From Candidatus Woesearchaeota archaeon (GTDB lineage Archaea; Nanobdellota; Nanobdellia; Woesearchaeales; ARS49), in assembly GCA_016215315.1 (NCBI GenBank), contig JACRKG010000019.1:71523-135522 (forward strand): a stretch of 64,000 bases of DNA, in the 5' to 3' direction. A program made the translations under genes and the position numbers. The notes beneath the pieces are model-generated. The model searched no databases. It had not been told where the DNA came from and worked only from the letters and a program-made list of their open reading frames with translations. Shown here one piece after another: positions 1 through 9,536 of the stretch; the stretch's first letter is position 1, and every line of letters starts with the position of its first letter.

Positions 1-453
1 ATAAACTAGAGTTTTGTTTAAGCTCAAATCTGATTTATTTTTTTTAATTTGCGGTTGTAATTCTCTACTTAAATAATTTGAATAACTTAAAGTATGTAAA
101 TCAACAATTCTGTAACCAAAAGGCCAGTTTAGATCATATCTTTTTGCTGAATCTTCTAAAAAACCTGTATCAAATGAAGGATTCTCTCCTGCAATAGTTT
201 TATCAGCAAACTTTTCAGTCCAGATTAAAAATTCTGAGACTAAATCATTCAAAGATTTTTTACTTAAGTCTTTAACTTGCTCTTCAGTGAATCCATTTAC
301 TTTTAGTGCAAAATCATCAATTTCTGCACCATCCCAAACTTGGCATTCTCCATAGAACTGATTTTCAGGATTGGCAAAATCAACTGCGCCTATGCTTACA
401 ATAGAATTTTTTTCAGGACTGAGTCCTGTGGTTTCTACATCAACAACAATCAT
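1..453 (-). CDS. DEDDh 3'-5' exonuclease (DnaQ/RNase T-like); 3' end runs off the window
   Basis: Not in ORF track; hand translation MIVVDVETTGLSPEKNSIVSIGAV...LKVNGFT...IAGENPSFDTGFL...IVDLHTL shows ExoI (DxETTG) and ExoII (NxxFD) motifs. Confidence 0.88.
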   Translation of the reverse strand, partial: MIVVDVETTGLSPEKNSIVSIGAVDFANPENQFYGECQVWDGAEIDDFALKVNGFTEEQVKDLSKKSLNDLVSEFLIWTEKFADKTIAGENPSFDTGFLEDSAKRYDLNWPFGYRIVDLHTLSYSNYLSRELQPQIKKNKSDLSLNKTLVY

Positions 454-494
454 ATTAAAATAAAAAGGTAAAAGATATAAAAATCTTATTTATT

Positions 495-1496
495 TCAAGT
501 CCAAACCTTCAATTGTGTGTTTTCTCCGCTTTTAACGAATGAGTCTCCAAATCCGCGACCTATGCTGTATCCAAAATCTTTGAATGATGCTCCTAAAGCT
601 CCAAATAGTCCTGGTTGGCCTTTTATTTCTGCAATGCTAGCAGTTATATTTAGTTCTTTTTCTAAGTAAGCAACTGCTTCTTTTCTTCCGCCTAATTCGT
701 CAATTAATCCTAATTCTTTTGCTTCAACACCCAAATAAACAAATCCTGTAGCTAATTCTTTTACTTTTTCAATAGGTATTTTTCTGTTTTCAGAAACTTC
801 TTTAACAAAAGCATCATAAGTTGTGTCTAGAATGTGTTGAAATAATTTTTCTTCTTCTAGAGTCATTTCTTTGTATGGCGATCCTGCATCTTTGTATTTT
901 CCAGCAATTAATCTTTGATAAGTTACGTTATAATCTTTCAAAAGACCTGGAAATGCTAGTTTTGATGCAACAACACCAATACTTCCAGTAATTGACATTG
1001 GGTGAGCATAAATTTTGTCAGTAGCACTAGCAATCCAGTAACCACCACTTGCACCAGTTTCTCTGATTACTGCAACAATTGGTTTGTCTAAATCTTTTAT
1101 TGCTTGTCCTATTTCTGCAGAAGCAACAGGACTTCCACCCGGAGAATTAATTTCCAAAATAACTCCTTTAATATCTTCAGTTTCCTTAATTTTTTCTAAC
1201 AATTTTACAACTTTAGTTGAAGAAACTCCTCCAGAATCAAATACAGAAGCAACTTCGGTACCGGTAGTTATAACTCCATTCAATGGAACTAAAGCAATGT
1301 TACCGCTAGGAATTTTAAATTCCGAAGTTGAAGAAAAAAAGCTTGCAAAAAACATAACAAAAATCAAAAAGAAGAATATACTTACAAGAGCACCAAGTAT
1401 TTTTCCTAAATAATGAAAATAATCAACAAACTTACTTTTCTTGTCCCAAACCGAACTTAATAAAGTAGACTTACTTTTAACAACACTCTTTGCCAT
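495..1496 (-). CDS. sppA: Signal peptide peptidase SppA (S49, short form)
   Basis: N-terminal TM; INSPGGS, GASGGYWIA, TGSIGV, AGKYKD motifs; ATG at 1496 preceded by GAGGTG. Confidence 0.93.
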   Translation of the reverse strand: MAKSVVKSKSTLLSSVWDKKSKFVDYFHYLGKILGALVSIFFFLIFVMFFASFFSSTSEFKIPSGNIALVPLNGVITTGTEVASVFDSGGVSSTKVVKLLEKIKETEDIKGVILEINSPGGSPVASAEIGQAIKDLDKPIVAVIRETGASGGYWIASATDKIYAHPMSITGSIGVVASKLAFPGLLKDYNVTYQRLIAGKYKDAGSPYKEMTLEEEKLFQHILDTTYDAFVKEVSENRKIPIEKVKELATGFVYLGVEAKELGLIDELGGRKEAVAYLEKELNITASIAEIKGQPGLFGALGASFKDFGYSIGRGFGDSFVKSGENTQLKVWT

Positions 1497-1665
1497 CAAA
1501 ACACCTCTTTTCACACTACAAGAGTCTTAGGCGTTTATAAATCTTATCCAATCTTTAGATTGTGGCGATCACCAGACATCAGCAGGCATCAAAATTACTG
1601 GGCTTCGGGAAGTCAACTGTTATCAATACCCCATTCAAACCCCCAACCATGAACCACAAACTTTC

Positions 1666-1941
1666 TTACAGTCCGAACATATCAGTAAATTCTTTTAATT
1701 TTCTGAAATTTGCTAAGAATTCATATCCTTGTGTTGTTAGAACGAAAACGTGTTTGTCTTTATCTTTTATTTCTTCAGTCATTAAAGCTTTGCCTTTAAG
1801 CTCATCAACGTATTCTTTCATTCTTTGATGAGACAAATTAGATTTATATAACAAGTGAGTAGGCTTTATCGTGCCTCCTTTGTCATGGATCGACTTTAAT
1901 ATGTCGTGAATTATCTCCAATTTATTTCTTCTAGATCCCAT
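1666..1941 (-). CDS. Small winged helix-turn-helix transcriptional regulator (archaeal COG3432-like)
   Basis: RRNKLEIIHDIL...KPTHLLYKSNLS...LTTQGYEFL pattern. Confidence 0.82.
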   Translation of the reverse strand: MGSRRNKLEIIHDILKSIHDKGGTIKPTHLLYKSNLSHQRMKEYVDELKGKALMTEEIKDKDKHVFVLTTQGYEFLANFRKLKEFTDMFGL

Positions 1942-1977
1942 TGTGTAGTGGTAAACGACTTGTCTTTTTAAACTTTT

Positions 1978-2682
1978 TTAAGATCGTTTTTTAAAGTTTT
2001 TTCTTTTTAAGGCTAAACGTGCCATAGAAAGCAATAATATAAGATACCCAAATAATATGAACAAATAACCGCCCATGTATAACACAGGCGATAAATAAGT
2101 TAATAATGATCTGGCATAAAGCTGAGCATGACCTACAGCCATACTAGCAAAGGAAATAAATGACAAAAATGTTGTTGTATTTGTTTTTCTAGCAAAGTTC
2201 TCAAAATAATTGCTAGTTACGAAAAGGATTATTAAAAATTGCACTAAAAAGAAGTTTCTCAATAATTGTTCATTTCCTGAAGAAGCAAACACAAAAACAT
2301 TAGCTAATAAAAGTATAAAAAGAACCAATCTTTTATTTCTTAAGTCTGATGAAACTGAAAGTAACAAAGTATATGCAGATAATATTAAGACTACATAAAC
2401 TGATGAAATGGCAAAATCAATTATTTTGAAAAGATCTAACAAATTTTCTTTTAAATTCATGTAAAGCAACAAGTGAACAAATGAACCTGCAAAAAATGAA
2501 ATGGATATAAAGAAAAATGCTAAGCTAAACCAGTAATACTTTCTGTCACTTGCGTAATTGTATACTTTTAATCCAAAAAAGCCCACTAGAAATGCAGCTA
2601 TTGCAGCAAATACTTCAAAAGTAGCCCCCAACGCAAAGAATGTTTGCGGAACTTGAGAAATTAAACCCATACTTAATAACAT
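1978..2682 (-). CDS. Polytopic (~7 TM) membrane protein, sensor-like, unknown function
   Basis: About seven hydrophobic segments, basic C-tail; directly upstream of the wHTH gene. Confidence 0.7.
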   Translation of the reverse strand: MLLSMGLISQVPQTFFALGATFEVFAAIAAFLVGFFGLKVYNYASDRKYYWFSLAFFFISISFFAGSFVHLLLYMNLKENLLDLFKIIDFAISSVYVVLILSAYTLLLSVSSDLRNKRLVLFILLLANVFVFASSGNEQLLRNFFLVQFLIILFVTSNYFENFARKTNTTTFLSFISFASMAVGHAQLYARSLLTYLSPVLYMGGYLFILFGYLILLLSMARLALKRKNFKKRS

Positions 2683-2716
2683 AACTGAAATGTTTTTTAA
2701 ACGTTATGAAGAACTA

Positions 2717-2755
2717 CTCCTTATTGAGTTTCCCTATTGAGTCTCCTTACTCTGA
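2717..2755. repeat. Three tandem 13-nt imperfect direct repeats, possible operator
   Basis: CTCCTTATTGAGT / TTCCCTATTGAGT / CTCCTTACTCTGA in the divergent promoter region. Confidence 0.55.
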
Positions 2756-2794
2756 CTGCATAAGGTTATTTAAAAAGGAAGCAAAAGTTATATC

Positions 2795-2875
2795 ATAACA
2801 CAAATCCGTGTTAAATATTGGCTGCCCGGTTCCTACACCGATTGGGACTGGGTTTTTCTCTTATTCTGATTTGTG
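2795..2875 (+). ncRNA. Candidate small structured RNA or leader upstream of smc
   Basis: Hairpin CCCGGTTCC(2825-2833)/GGGACTGGG(2844-2852) followed by a T tract; CACAAATC(2799-2806) complementary to GATTTGTG(2868-2875). Confidence 0.3.
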
Positions 2876-2923
2876 GTTTGTAAAGGGTAAATATTTAAAT
2901 AATAAAAGCAAAGAACAGGGATT

Positions 2924-5900
2924 ATGACTAAGATTAACCGCTTAGTGCTTAACGGTTTTAAGTCATTTGCAAAACACACCGAGCTAGTTTTTTCCCGAGA
3001 TTTTAATTGCGTAATAGGACCAAACGGATCTGGTAAAAGTAACATATTAGACAGTTTATGTTTCGTTCTAGGAAAATCTTCTTCAAAATCATTAAGAGCA
3101 GAAAAAAGTTCGAACTTAATTTATAACGGAGGAAAGACAAAAAAGCCAGCAAACCAAGCTGAAGTAAGCATTTATTTTGATAATGAACAAAAGATTTTCC
3201 CTGTAGAAACTGGAGAAGTTAAAGTATCAAGAGTTGTCAAGCAAGATGGCGCTAGCAAGTACTTAATTAATGATAAAACCAAAACAAGACAGGAAGTTAT
3301 AGAACTATTATCATACGCGAAAATTGATCCTGACGGATATAACATAATTCTTCAAGGAGATATAGTTAGATTAATTGAAATGTCAACAGTTGAAAGAAGA
3401 CAAATTATTGAAGAAATTGCAGGAATAGGAGTTTACGAAGAAAAGAAAGGTAAAGCACTCAACGAATTAAATCATGTTGATGAAAAAGTAAAAGAAGCAG
3501 AAATAGTTCTGAAAGAAAGAGACGGATACTTAAAAGACTTAAAAAAAGACAAGGAACAAGCACTCAAGTTCAAAGATATAAATGATAAAATCAATTCTTA
3601 CAAAGCCAGCTATTTAAAAAAGAAAATCGATAAAAAAGAAGAAGAAAAAACAAGAATAGACAGCAAAATAAAAGACGTACAAGAAGGATTAAACAAAATC
3701 AACGAAGTAATAAAGAAGTTAAGAGAAGATAAAACTGCAGAACAAGAAAAAATAAAAGCAATAAATGACGAAGTAGAAAAACAAGGAGAAACGGGACATT
3801 CTAATCTGAATAAAGAAATAGAAAAACTAAGAGTAGATACTGCAACAAACAGCACAAAAGTAAACAATCACAAAGATGAATTAGTAAAAATAGAAAAAAG
3901 AGAAAACGAACTTGGAGAAGGACTAAAAGATTTAGAAGGAAAAAGAGGACAATTATTTGCACAAAAGAAAAGTGTAGAAGAAACGAAAACTAACGTTGAA
4001 AAAGAATTAGAATCATTAAATAAAACAATATTAGAATTCAGAAAGAAACATAGACTAGATGAAAGCTCAAATCTAGAAGAACAAATACATGAGTTTGATA
4101 AAAAAATAGAAGAAATACAGAGAGAAACACAAGAACAAAGAGGCGAACACCAGAACTTACTGAGAGAAAAAGACAAGTATGAATACCAATTAGAAACAAT
4201 TGATGAAAAAATAAGAAAAGTTAATACACTCATCAACGAAAACAAACAAGAAATAGAAGACTTAAAAAATAAGAAAAAAGAATTCAAAAGTTCAGTTCTA
4301 GAATTAAACAATTTGTTGAATGAAGACGTAAAAAATGCAAGAAGACTCGCAGATTTAAGAGAAAATTTATTCTCAAAAAGACAAGAAGTATCAAAACTAG
4401 AATTAAGAAGAGATGAATTCAAGGAAAGCATTTCAACAAACATAGCAGTAAAAAAAGTTCTAGAAAACAAAAAAAAATTAGGAGACATAAGAGGAACAGT
4501 TGCAGAATTAGGAGAAGCAGACAAAGAATACTCATTGGCATTAGAAATAGCCGCAGCACAAAAAATTCACAGCATAGTAGTAGGAGATGATAAAACAGCA
4601 GTAAACTGCATAAATTTCTTGAAAACAAACAAACTGGGAACGGCAACATTTTTACCTTTAAACAAAATCAAACCATTCCCAGCAAATGAAGAAATCAAAA
4701 AACTAAAAGACAAACAAGGAATTCACGGACTAGCAATAGAATTAATAAATTATGATTCAGAATACAAAAGTATTTTTAGTTATGTCTTCGGAAACACACT
4801 AATAGTTGATTCTATGGAATTAGCTAGAAGCGTAGGCATAGGAAAAACAAAAATGGTCAGTCTCGATGGAGACGTAGCAGAATTCTCAGGAGCAATGATT
4901 GGAGGCTACAGACACAAAAAAGAAGGAAGCTTCAAAGAGAAAAACATTAACAATTTTTTGGAAAAATCACAAGAAGAATTAGCAAATATCGAGAAAGAAG
5001 TTAGAGAATTAGAAGAAACAAGAAAGAATAACGAAGAAAAAATAACAAAATTAAGAGAACATAAAGCAGAACTAGAAGGAGATATCATAAAACAAGAAAA
5101 AGTACTACATTTAGATACGGATGATTTAGAAGCCGACAAAAACTTCAAAGAAGAAATGTTGACAGGAATAAAAAACACAGAACAAAAACTAAAAGATCAA
5201 GAAGAAAAAATAAACACGAAAACAGAAGAAATCACCCAGCTAAAAATAAAAAAACAACAATTAATGTCTCAAATAATACAACTCAAAAAACCAACACTCA
5301 TAGCAGAACTAAATGCTTTCGAAGGGAAAAAATCACAATTAATTGAAGAAAGAATAAAATTAGAAGCAGAACACAACAATCTTGAAAGCAGAGAAAAAGA
5401 AGTGCTAGGCAAAAGTGGAGAACAAATACTAAAAACAAAAGAAGAACTAGAAAAAGAAAAGGAAGAAATAAACAAACAAATAGTTCTATTAGAAGAAGAA
5501 AACAAACAAAAAAACAAATTTTTAAGCGAAAAAGAAAAAGAACAAGAAAAATTCATGCACCAATTCAAAAAATCATTCGATCAAAGAAAAAAATCACAAG
5601 ATATGATAATGGCAATAGAAACAAGATTATTAAAAGATGAAGAAAAATCAAGAAAAGAAGAACTAGAACTAAACACATACTCAATAGAAAATGCAAGAAT
5701 AAACGCAGAACTAGGAAGTTTCACAAGTGAATTCAGCCAGTACAATAACGTCCCATTAATAGACGACAAATCAGAAGAAGAACTGAAAAAATCAGTACAA
5801 AGCTTTGAAAGAACTCTTGCAACCATAGGAAACGTAAACATGAGATCTTTAGAAATCTATGAATTGGCAGAAAAAGAATACAACAATTTAATAGAAAAAA

Positions 5901-6424
5901 AGAACGGTCTATCAAAAGAAAAAGAAGACATACTGAATTTAATGCAAGAAATAGAAAAAAACAAAGCAGAATTATTCACCAGAACATACGATCAAATAAA
6001 CAATAATTTCCAAAGAATATTCTCACAATTATCCTCAAAAGGACAGGCATTTTTAGAATTAGAAAACCCCCAAAACATTTTCGAAGAAGGACTAAAAATA
6101 AAAGTAAACATAACTGGAGACAAATTCTTAGATATACGAAGTTTAAGCGGCGGAGAAAAAACAATGACCGCGCTAGCATTCTTATTTGCAATACAAGAAC
6201 ATGAACCGGCAAGTTTCTACATTTTAGATGAAGTTGACGCTGCATTAGATAAAAGAAATAGCTCATTGCTAGCAAAACTAGTTAGACAATACTGCGAAAA
6301 AGCACAATATGTAGTAATAAGTCACAACGATAATGTCATTTCTGAAGCAGACGTTATTTATGGAGTATCAATGAAACCAGAATTAGGCGCCAGCCAAGTA
6401 GTGAGCCTAAAAATGAATGCTTAA
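2924..6424 (+). CDS. smc: Chromosome segregation protein SMC
   Basis: GFKSF, Walker A GPNGSGKSN, hinge (G-ATFLPL, VFGNT), signature LSGGEK, Walker B LDEVDAALD, long coiled coils. Confidence 0.98.
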   Translation: MTKINRLVLNGFKSFAKHTELVFSRDFNCVIGPNGSGKSNILDSLCFVLGKSSSKSLRAEKSSNLIYNGGKTKKPANQAEVSIYFDNEQKIFPVETGEVKVSRVVKQDGASKYLINDKTKTRQEVIELLSYAKIDPDGYNIILQGDIVRLIEMSTVERRQIIEEIAGIGVYEEKKGKALNELNHVDEKVKEAEIVLKERDGYLKDLKKDKEQALKFKDINDKINSYKASYLKKKIDKKEEEKTRIDSKIKDVQEGLNKINEVIKKLREDKTAEQEKIKAINDEVEKQGETGHSNLNKEIEKLRVDTATNSTKVNNHKDELVKIEKRENELGEGLKDLEGKRGQLFAQKKSVEETKTNVEKELESLNKTILEFRKKHRLDESSNLEEQIHEFDKKIEEIQRETQEQRGEHQNLLREKDKYEYQLETIDEKIRKVNTLINENKQEIEDLKNKKKEFKSSVLELNNLLNEDVKNARRLADLRENLFSKRQEVSKLELRRDEFKESISTNIAVKKVLENKKKLGDIRGTVAELGEADKEYSLALEIAAAQKIHSIVVGDDKTAVNCINFLKTNKLGTATFLPLNKIKPFPANEEIKKLKDKQGIHGLAIELINYDSEYKSIFSYVFGNTLIVDSMELARSVGIGKTKMVSLDGDVAEFSGAMIGGYRHKKEGSFKEKNINNFLEKSQEELANIEKEVRELEETRKNNEEKITKLREHKAELEGDIIKQEKVLHLDTDDLEADKNFKEEMLTGIKNTEQKLKDQEEKINTKTEEITQLKIKKQQLMSQIIQLKKPTLIAELNAFEGKKSQLIEERIKLEAEHNNLESREKEVLGKSGEQILKTKEELEKEKEEINKQIVLLEEENKQKNKFLSEKEKEQEKFMHQFKKSFDQRKKSQDMIMAIETRLLKDEEKSRKEELELNTYSIENARINAELGSFTSEFSQYNNVPLIDDKSEEELKKSVQSFERTLATIGNVNMRSLEIYELAEKEYNNLIEKKNGLSKEKEDILNLMQEIEKNKAELFTRTYDQINNNFQRIFSQLSSKGQAFLELENPQNIFEEGLKIKVNITGDKFLDIRSLSGGEKTMTALAFLFAIQEHEPASFYILDEVDAALDKRNSSLLAKLVRQYCEKAQYVVISHNDNVISEADVIYGVSMKPELGASQVVSLKMNA

Positions 6425-7079
6425 GATGAAAAAAGAAAAAATTCTAGTTATCTGCGCACATAATGATGACCAAATAATAGGGTGCGGAGGAACATTTGCA
6501 AAATACGTTCGAGAAGGAAAAATAGTAAAAACAATAGTCTTCGCTTACGGAGAAAAAAGCCATCCACACTACAAACCTCAAATCATCCAAAAGCAAAGAG
6601 TAAGAGAAGCAATAGAATCAGATAAAATTCTTAAAGGCAAAGGAATAAAATTTTTAGGTCTAAAAGATGCACAATTCGAAAAAGAAATAAAAGAAAAAAA
6701 CATCAAAGAACTAATTTTTGATTTAATAAAAAAAGAAAAACCCAACAAAATATTCACTCATAGCAATGACGATTTTCATCCAGACCATAATTCAGTATAC
6801 AAATTAATGAAAGAAATGATTTCTGAAAAGAAAATTACTTGCAATGTCTACACATTTGACGTTTGGAACATAATAAAACTAAAAAAAAGAGATCTTCCAA
6901 AATTAGTAGTAGATATTAGTGACACTTACAAAACAAAATCAGAAGCATTGAAAGTACACAAAAGTCAGTACAATCTTCCAGGAATCATAGGATTAAGGTT
7001 CAGAATGTTCATACATGCATTAATAAACGGATTAAATCACGGATACAAATACGCAGAGGTGTTTTATAAAATAAAATAG
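6417..7079 (+). CDS. PIG-L/LmbE family GlcNAc de-N-acetylase
   Basis: AHNDD, GCGGT, HPDH, HKSQ motifs. Confidence 0.9.
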   Translation: MLKMKKEKILVICAHNDDQIIGCGGTFAKYVREGKIVKTIVFAYGEKSHPHYKPQIIQKQRVREAIESDKILKGKGIKFLGLKDAQFEKEIKEKNIKELIFDLIKKEKPNKIFTHSNDDFHPDHNSVYKLMKEMISEKKITCNVYTFDVWNIIKLKKRDLPKLVVDISDTYKTKSEALKVHKSQYNLPGIIGLRFRMFIHALINGLNHGYKYAEVFYKIK

Positions 7080-7082
7080 TTT

Positions 7083-8183
7083 ATGAAAACGATATTAATA
7101 AGTTCAGATTGTTATTTGCCAAGATGGGATGGTATTGCTAGATTTTTATCTCAATTGCTTCCAGAACTCAACAATGAATTTAAAATAATAGTTGCAGTAC
7201 CAGATTTCGGAAAATCTCAAAAATACAAGAATGTTGAAGAACAAAAATTTCCTTTAATAAAAATACAATTCGGAGACATTTATTTATCAAGAGTTAATAA
7301 CAAACGAATTAAAGAGTTAGTTAGCAGATGTGACTTTGTTTTTAACCAAACAATCGGCCCAATAGGAAGAAAAACAATAAAACAAGCAAGCAAACAAAAT
7401 AAACCCATAATTAGTTACGTTCACAGCATAGAATGGGAATTGGCTTCTAAAGGAGTCAAGTATTTTAAAACATTAGTAAGAATTTTTGTAAAAATATTAG
7501 TGAAAAGATTGTACAAAAAATGCAGCTTATTAATTCTTCCTTCAAAAGAAATGGAAGACATACTGACTGTTAAAGGAATAAAAACAAAAAAAGAAGTGAT
7601 AGAACTAGGAGTTAACACAGAAACATTCAAACCTGCAGATAAGAATTTAGCAAAAGAAAGATTAGGACTAAAAAACAAATTTATAATCGGTTATTGCGGA
7701 AGATTAAGCAGAGAAAAAGATCTACCTACACTTTTTAATGCATTCTTAAGAGCTAAAAAAAACCAAGCAAATGTTAAACTACTAATAGTCGGTGATGGCC
7801 CTGCTAAAGAAGAATTAAAACACCCAGACGTTATACTTGTCGGAGCACAAAACAATGTCGTTCCTTACCTTCAAGCAATGGATCTTTACGTACTTCCTTC
7901 ATTGACTGAAACTAGTAGTTTGTCAACAATGGAAGCTATGAGTTGTGAAATACCAGTTATAGTTACACCGGTAGGAAATATTAAAGAATATGTTAGAGAC
8001 AGAGAAACAGGATTGTTTTTTCCTAGAGGAGACTTTAAAAGTTTAGCTAGAAAAATAAGTTTATTATTGAAAAATCCAATTATGCGTGAAAGATTAGCAA
8101 AAGCAGGAAGACAAATAATACAAAAAAGACATGATTGGAAGAACACTGCAGAAGCGATAAAGAAGAGATTTAGAAAATATTAA
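7083..8183 (+). CDS. Glycosyltransferase family 4
   Basis: YLPRWDG, GRLSREK, GDGP, ETSSLSTMEAM (EX7E). Confidence 0.92.
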   Translation: MKTILISSDCYLPRWDGIARFLSQLLPELNNEFKIIVAVPDFGKSQKYKNVEEQKFPLIKIQFGDIYLSRVNNKRIKELVSRCDFVFNQTIGPIGRKTIKQASKQNKPIISYVHSIEWELASKGVKYFKTLVRIFVKILVKRLYKKCSLLILPSKEMEDILTVKGIKTKKEVIELGVNTETFKPADKNLAKERLGLKNKFIIGYCGRLSREKDLPTLFNAFLRAKKNQANVKLLIVGDGPAKEELKHPDVILVGAQNNVVPYLQAMDLYVLPSLTETSSLSTMEAMSCEIPVIVTPVGNIKEYVRDRETGLFFPRGDFKSLARKISLLLKNPIMRERLAKAGRQIIQKRHDWKNTAEAIKKRFRKY

Positions 8184-9249
8184 GTTGGGTGAATTCATTT
8201 AATAAAACAGCATAATTCTTACCAGTCACATTAATAAATTTTGCATTTAAGTTTTGAGCAAGCAAATCATCATCTTCACTGTTGCCAACAACTAAAACTT
8301 CACAATATTGATTCAGATCTGTGTTCATTTTCTGGAGGGAATCATGAACCATGTCAGAGTTTGGTTTTCTTTTTGTTTTTTGTTTAACAAAAGCAGAGTC
8401 AAAAACAAAATTATTTTTTATTTGAGCATAAGTAACATCAACATCAGGACAGTATTGCCAATCATCAATTTTTACTCCCTTTAAAACCAATAAGTTATTG
8501 ACCTGATTGTTAATTTCTTCAACCCGTTCACAAGAGAAATACTTTCTAGCAACGCCTCCTTGGTTTGTTACAACTATTTTTGTTGTCTTGTATTTAGTTT
8601 GCAAATAAGATAAAAAATTCACCACAGGATTATTTAGTTCTAATTTTTCTTTCCAATTATTTTCTTTTCCAAAGAAGTCATCATTTTTTATTATTGTACC
8701 GTCACGATCAATAACTAACAATAAATTTTTCACATCCAACTGATTCTTAACATAATCAATGATTTCCGTAGTTGATAGCTTGGGATCGTTTGTGTACTTT
8801 ATCTCGCCACCAACTCTAGCAATTGCTTCTCTTTCTGAAACAATTCCCGGAGTTGTTTTGCCAATAAAATCAGGTCCTTTAATGTAATAAGAAGGCTTTA
8901 ATTTTTCAATAATTTCAACCCCTTTAGCAAAATCAGTTATTGCAACATAATCAACCGATGCAAGAGAAGCCACAGAATAAGCTCTTAATTTATCCGTAAA
9001 CACAGGCCTGCCAGAACCTTTTCTTGAAGAAACAAAACGATCACTAGTTATTGAAACAAAGAGAAGATCGCATAAACTTTTGGCTGATTCAAAATGCTTT
9101 ATATGACCTGGATGCAATAAATCAAATCCTCCATGACACAAACCAACAGTTTTGTTTTCTTTTTTGAAATTACTAACTAATTCTATTGCTTTTTCTAAAG
9201 AAACAACTTTGTTTGAAGAAAATTCTTCCAATTGATTTGCTTTAAGCAT
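8170..9249 (-). CDS. Fusion of HldE/RfaE-II-like nucleotidyltransferase and GmhB-like HAD phosphatase
   Basis: HGGFDLLHPGH and SRKGSGRP in the N-half; DRDGTI, VVTNQGG, RKPN in the C-half. Confidence 0.87.
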   Translation of the reverse strand: MLKANQLEEFSSNKVVSLEKAIELVSNFKKENKTVGLCHGGFDLLHPGHIKHFESAKSLCDLLFVSITSDRFVSSRKGSGRPVFTDKLRAYSVASLASVDYVAITDFAKGVEIIEKLKPSYYIKGPDFIGKTTPGIVSEREAIARVGGEIKYTNDPKLSTTEIIDYVKNQLDVKNLLLVIDRDGTIIKNDDFFGKENNWKEKLELNNPVVNFLSYLQTKYKTTKIVVTNQGGVARKYFSCERVEEINNQVNNLLVLKGVKIDDWQYCPDVDVTYAQIKNNFVFDSAFVKQKTKRKPNSDMVHDSLQKMNTDLNQYCEVLVVGNSEDDDLLAQNLNAKFINVTGKNYAVLLNEFTQLNIF

Positions 9250-9325
9250 TAAGAAAAAAGACAAAAAAGCCAATTTTAAAGGTTATGAATAAATCAAGTA
9301 ATACTTCTGATGCCAACGTGACATC

Positions 9326-9356
9326 CGCTTTTCTAGAAATGCTTTCTAGAAAAGCG
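9326..9356. repeat. Perfect 14-bp inverted repeat with 3-nt loop over the DUF5989 stop codon
   Basis: CGCTTTTCTAGAAA-TGC-TTTCTAGAAAAGCG. Confidence 0.85.
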
Positions 9357-9498
9357 CGTAAATGAATGGACTTACTGCACTGCTCTGACCAAAGATTATC
9401 AGTATTCCTACAAATACTAACATTAAAATTATTGGCAGCAACCACCATTTCTTTCTTTCATTCAAAAAAGCCCATAAATCGCTCAATAATTGACCCAT
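9346..9498 (-). CDS. DUF5989 / SxtK-like small membrane protein (50 aa)
   Basis: Below ORF-track cutoff; hand translation MGQLLSDLWAFLNERKKWWLLPIILMLVFVGILIIFGQSSAVSPFIYALF has the RKKWWLLP...PFIY.LF signature. Confidence 0.9.
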   Translation of the reverse strand: MGQLLSDLWAFLNERKKWWLLPIILMLVFVGILIIFGQSSAVSPFIYALF

Positions 9499-9536
9499 AA
9501 TCAGATTATTTTGAGGTTATTTTTATAGTTTTCTAC

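Noticed and set aside
2815-2852. Purine or preQ1 riboswitch resemblance (ATATTGG...GTTCCTAC...CCG...GACT)
   Set aside because: P2/P3 stems and the A-rich tail cannot be formed, and the downstream gene is unrelated.
3610-6275. Many Phe/Ser/Leu-rich minus-strand ORFs within smc, and similar antisense ORFs elsewhere
   Set aside because: Shadows of A-rich Lys/Glu codons on the coding strand; no motifs.
9242-9448. 68-aa minus-strand ORF
   Set aside because: The overlapping frame encodes a recognisable DUF5989 protein.
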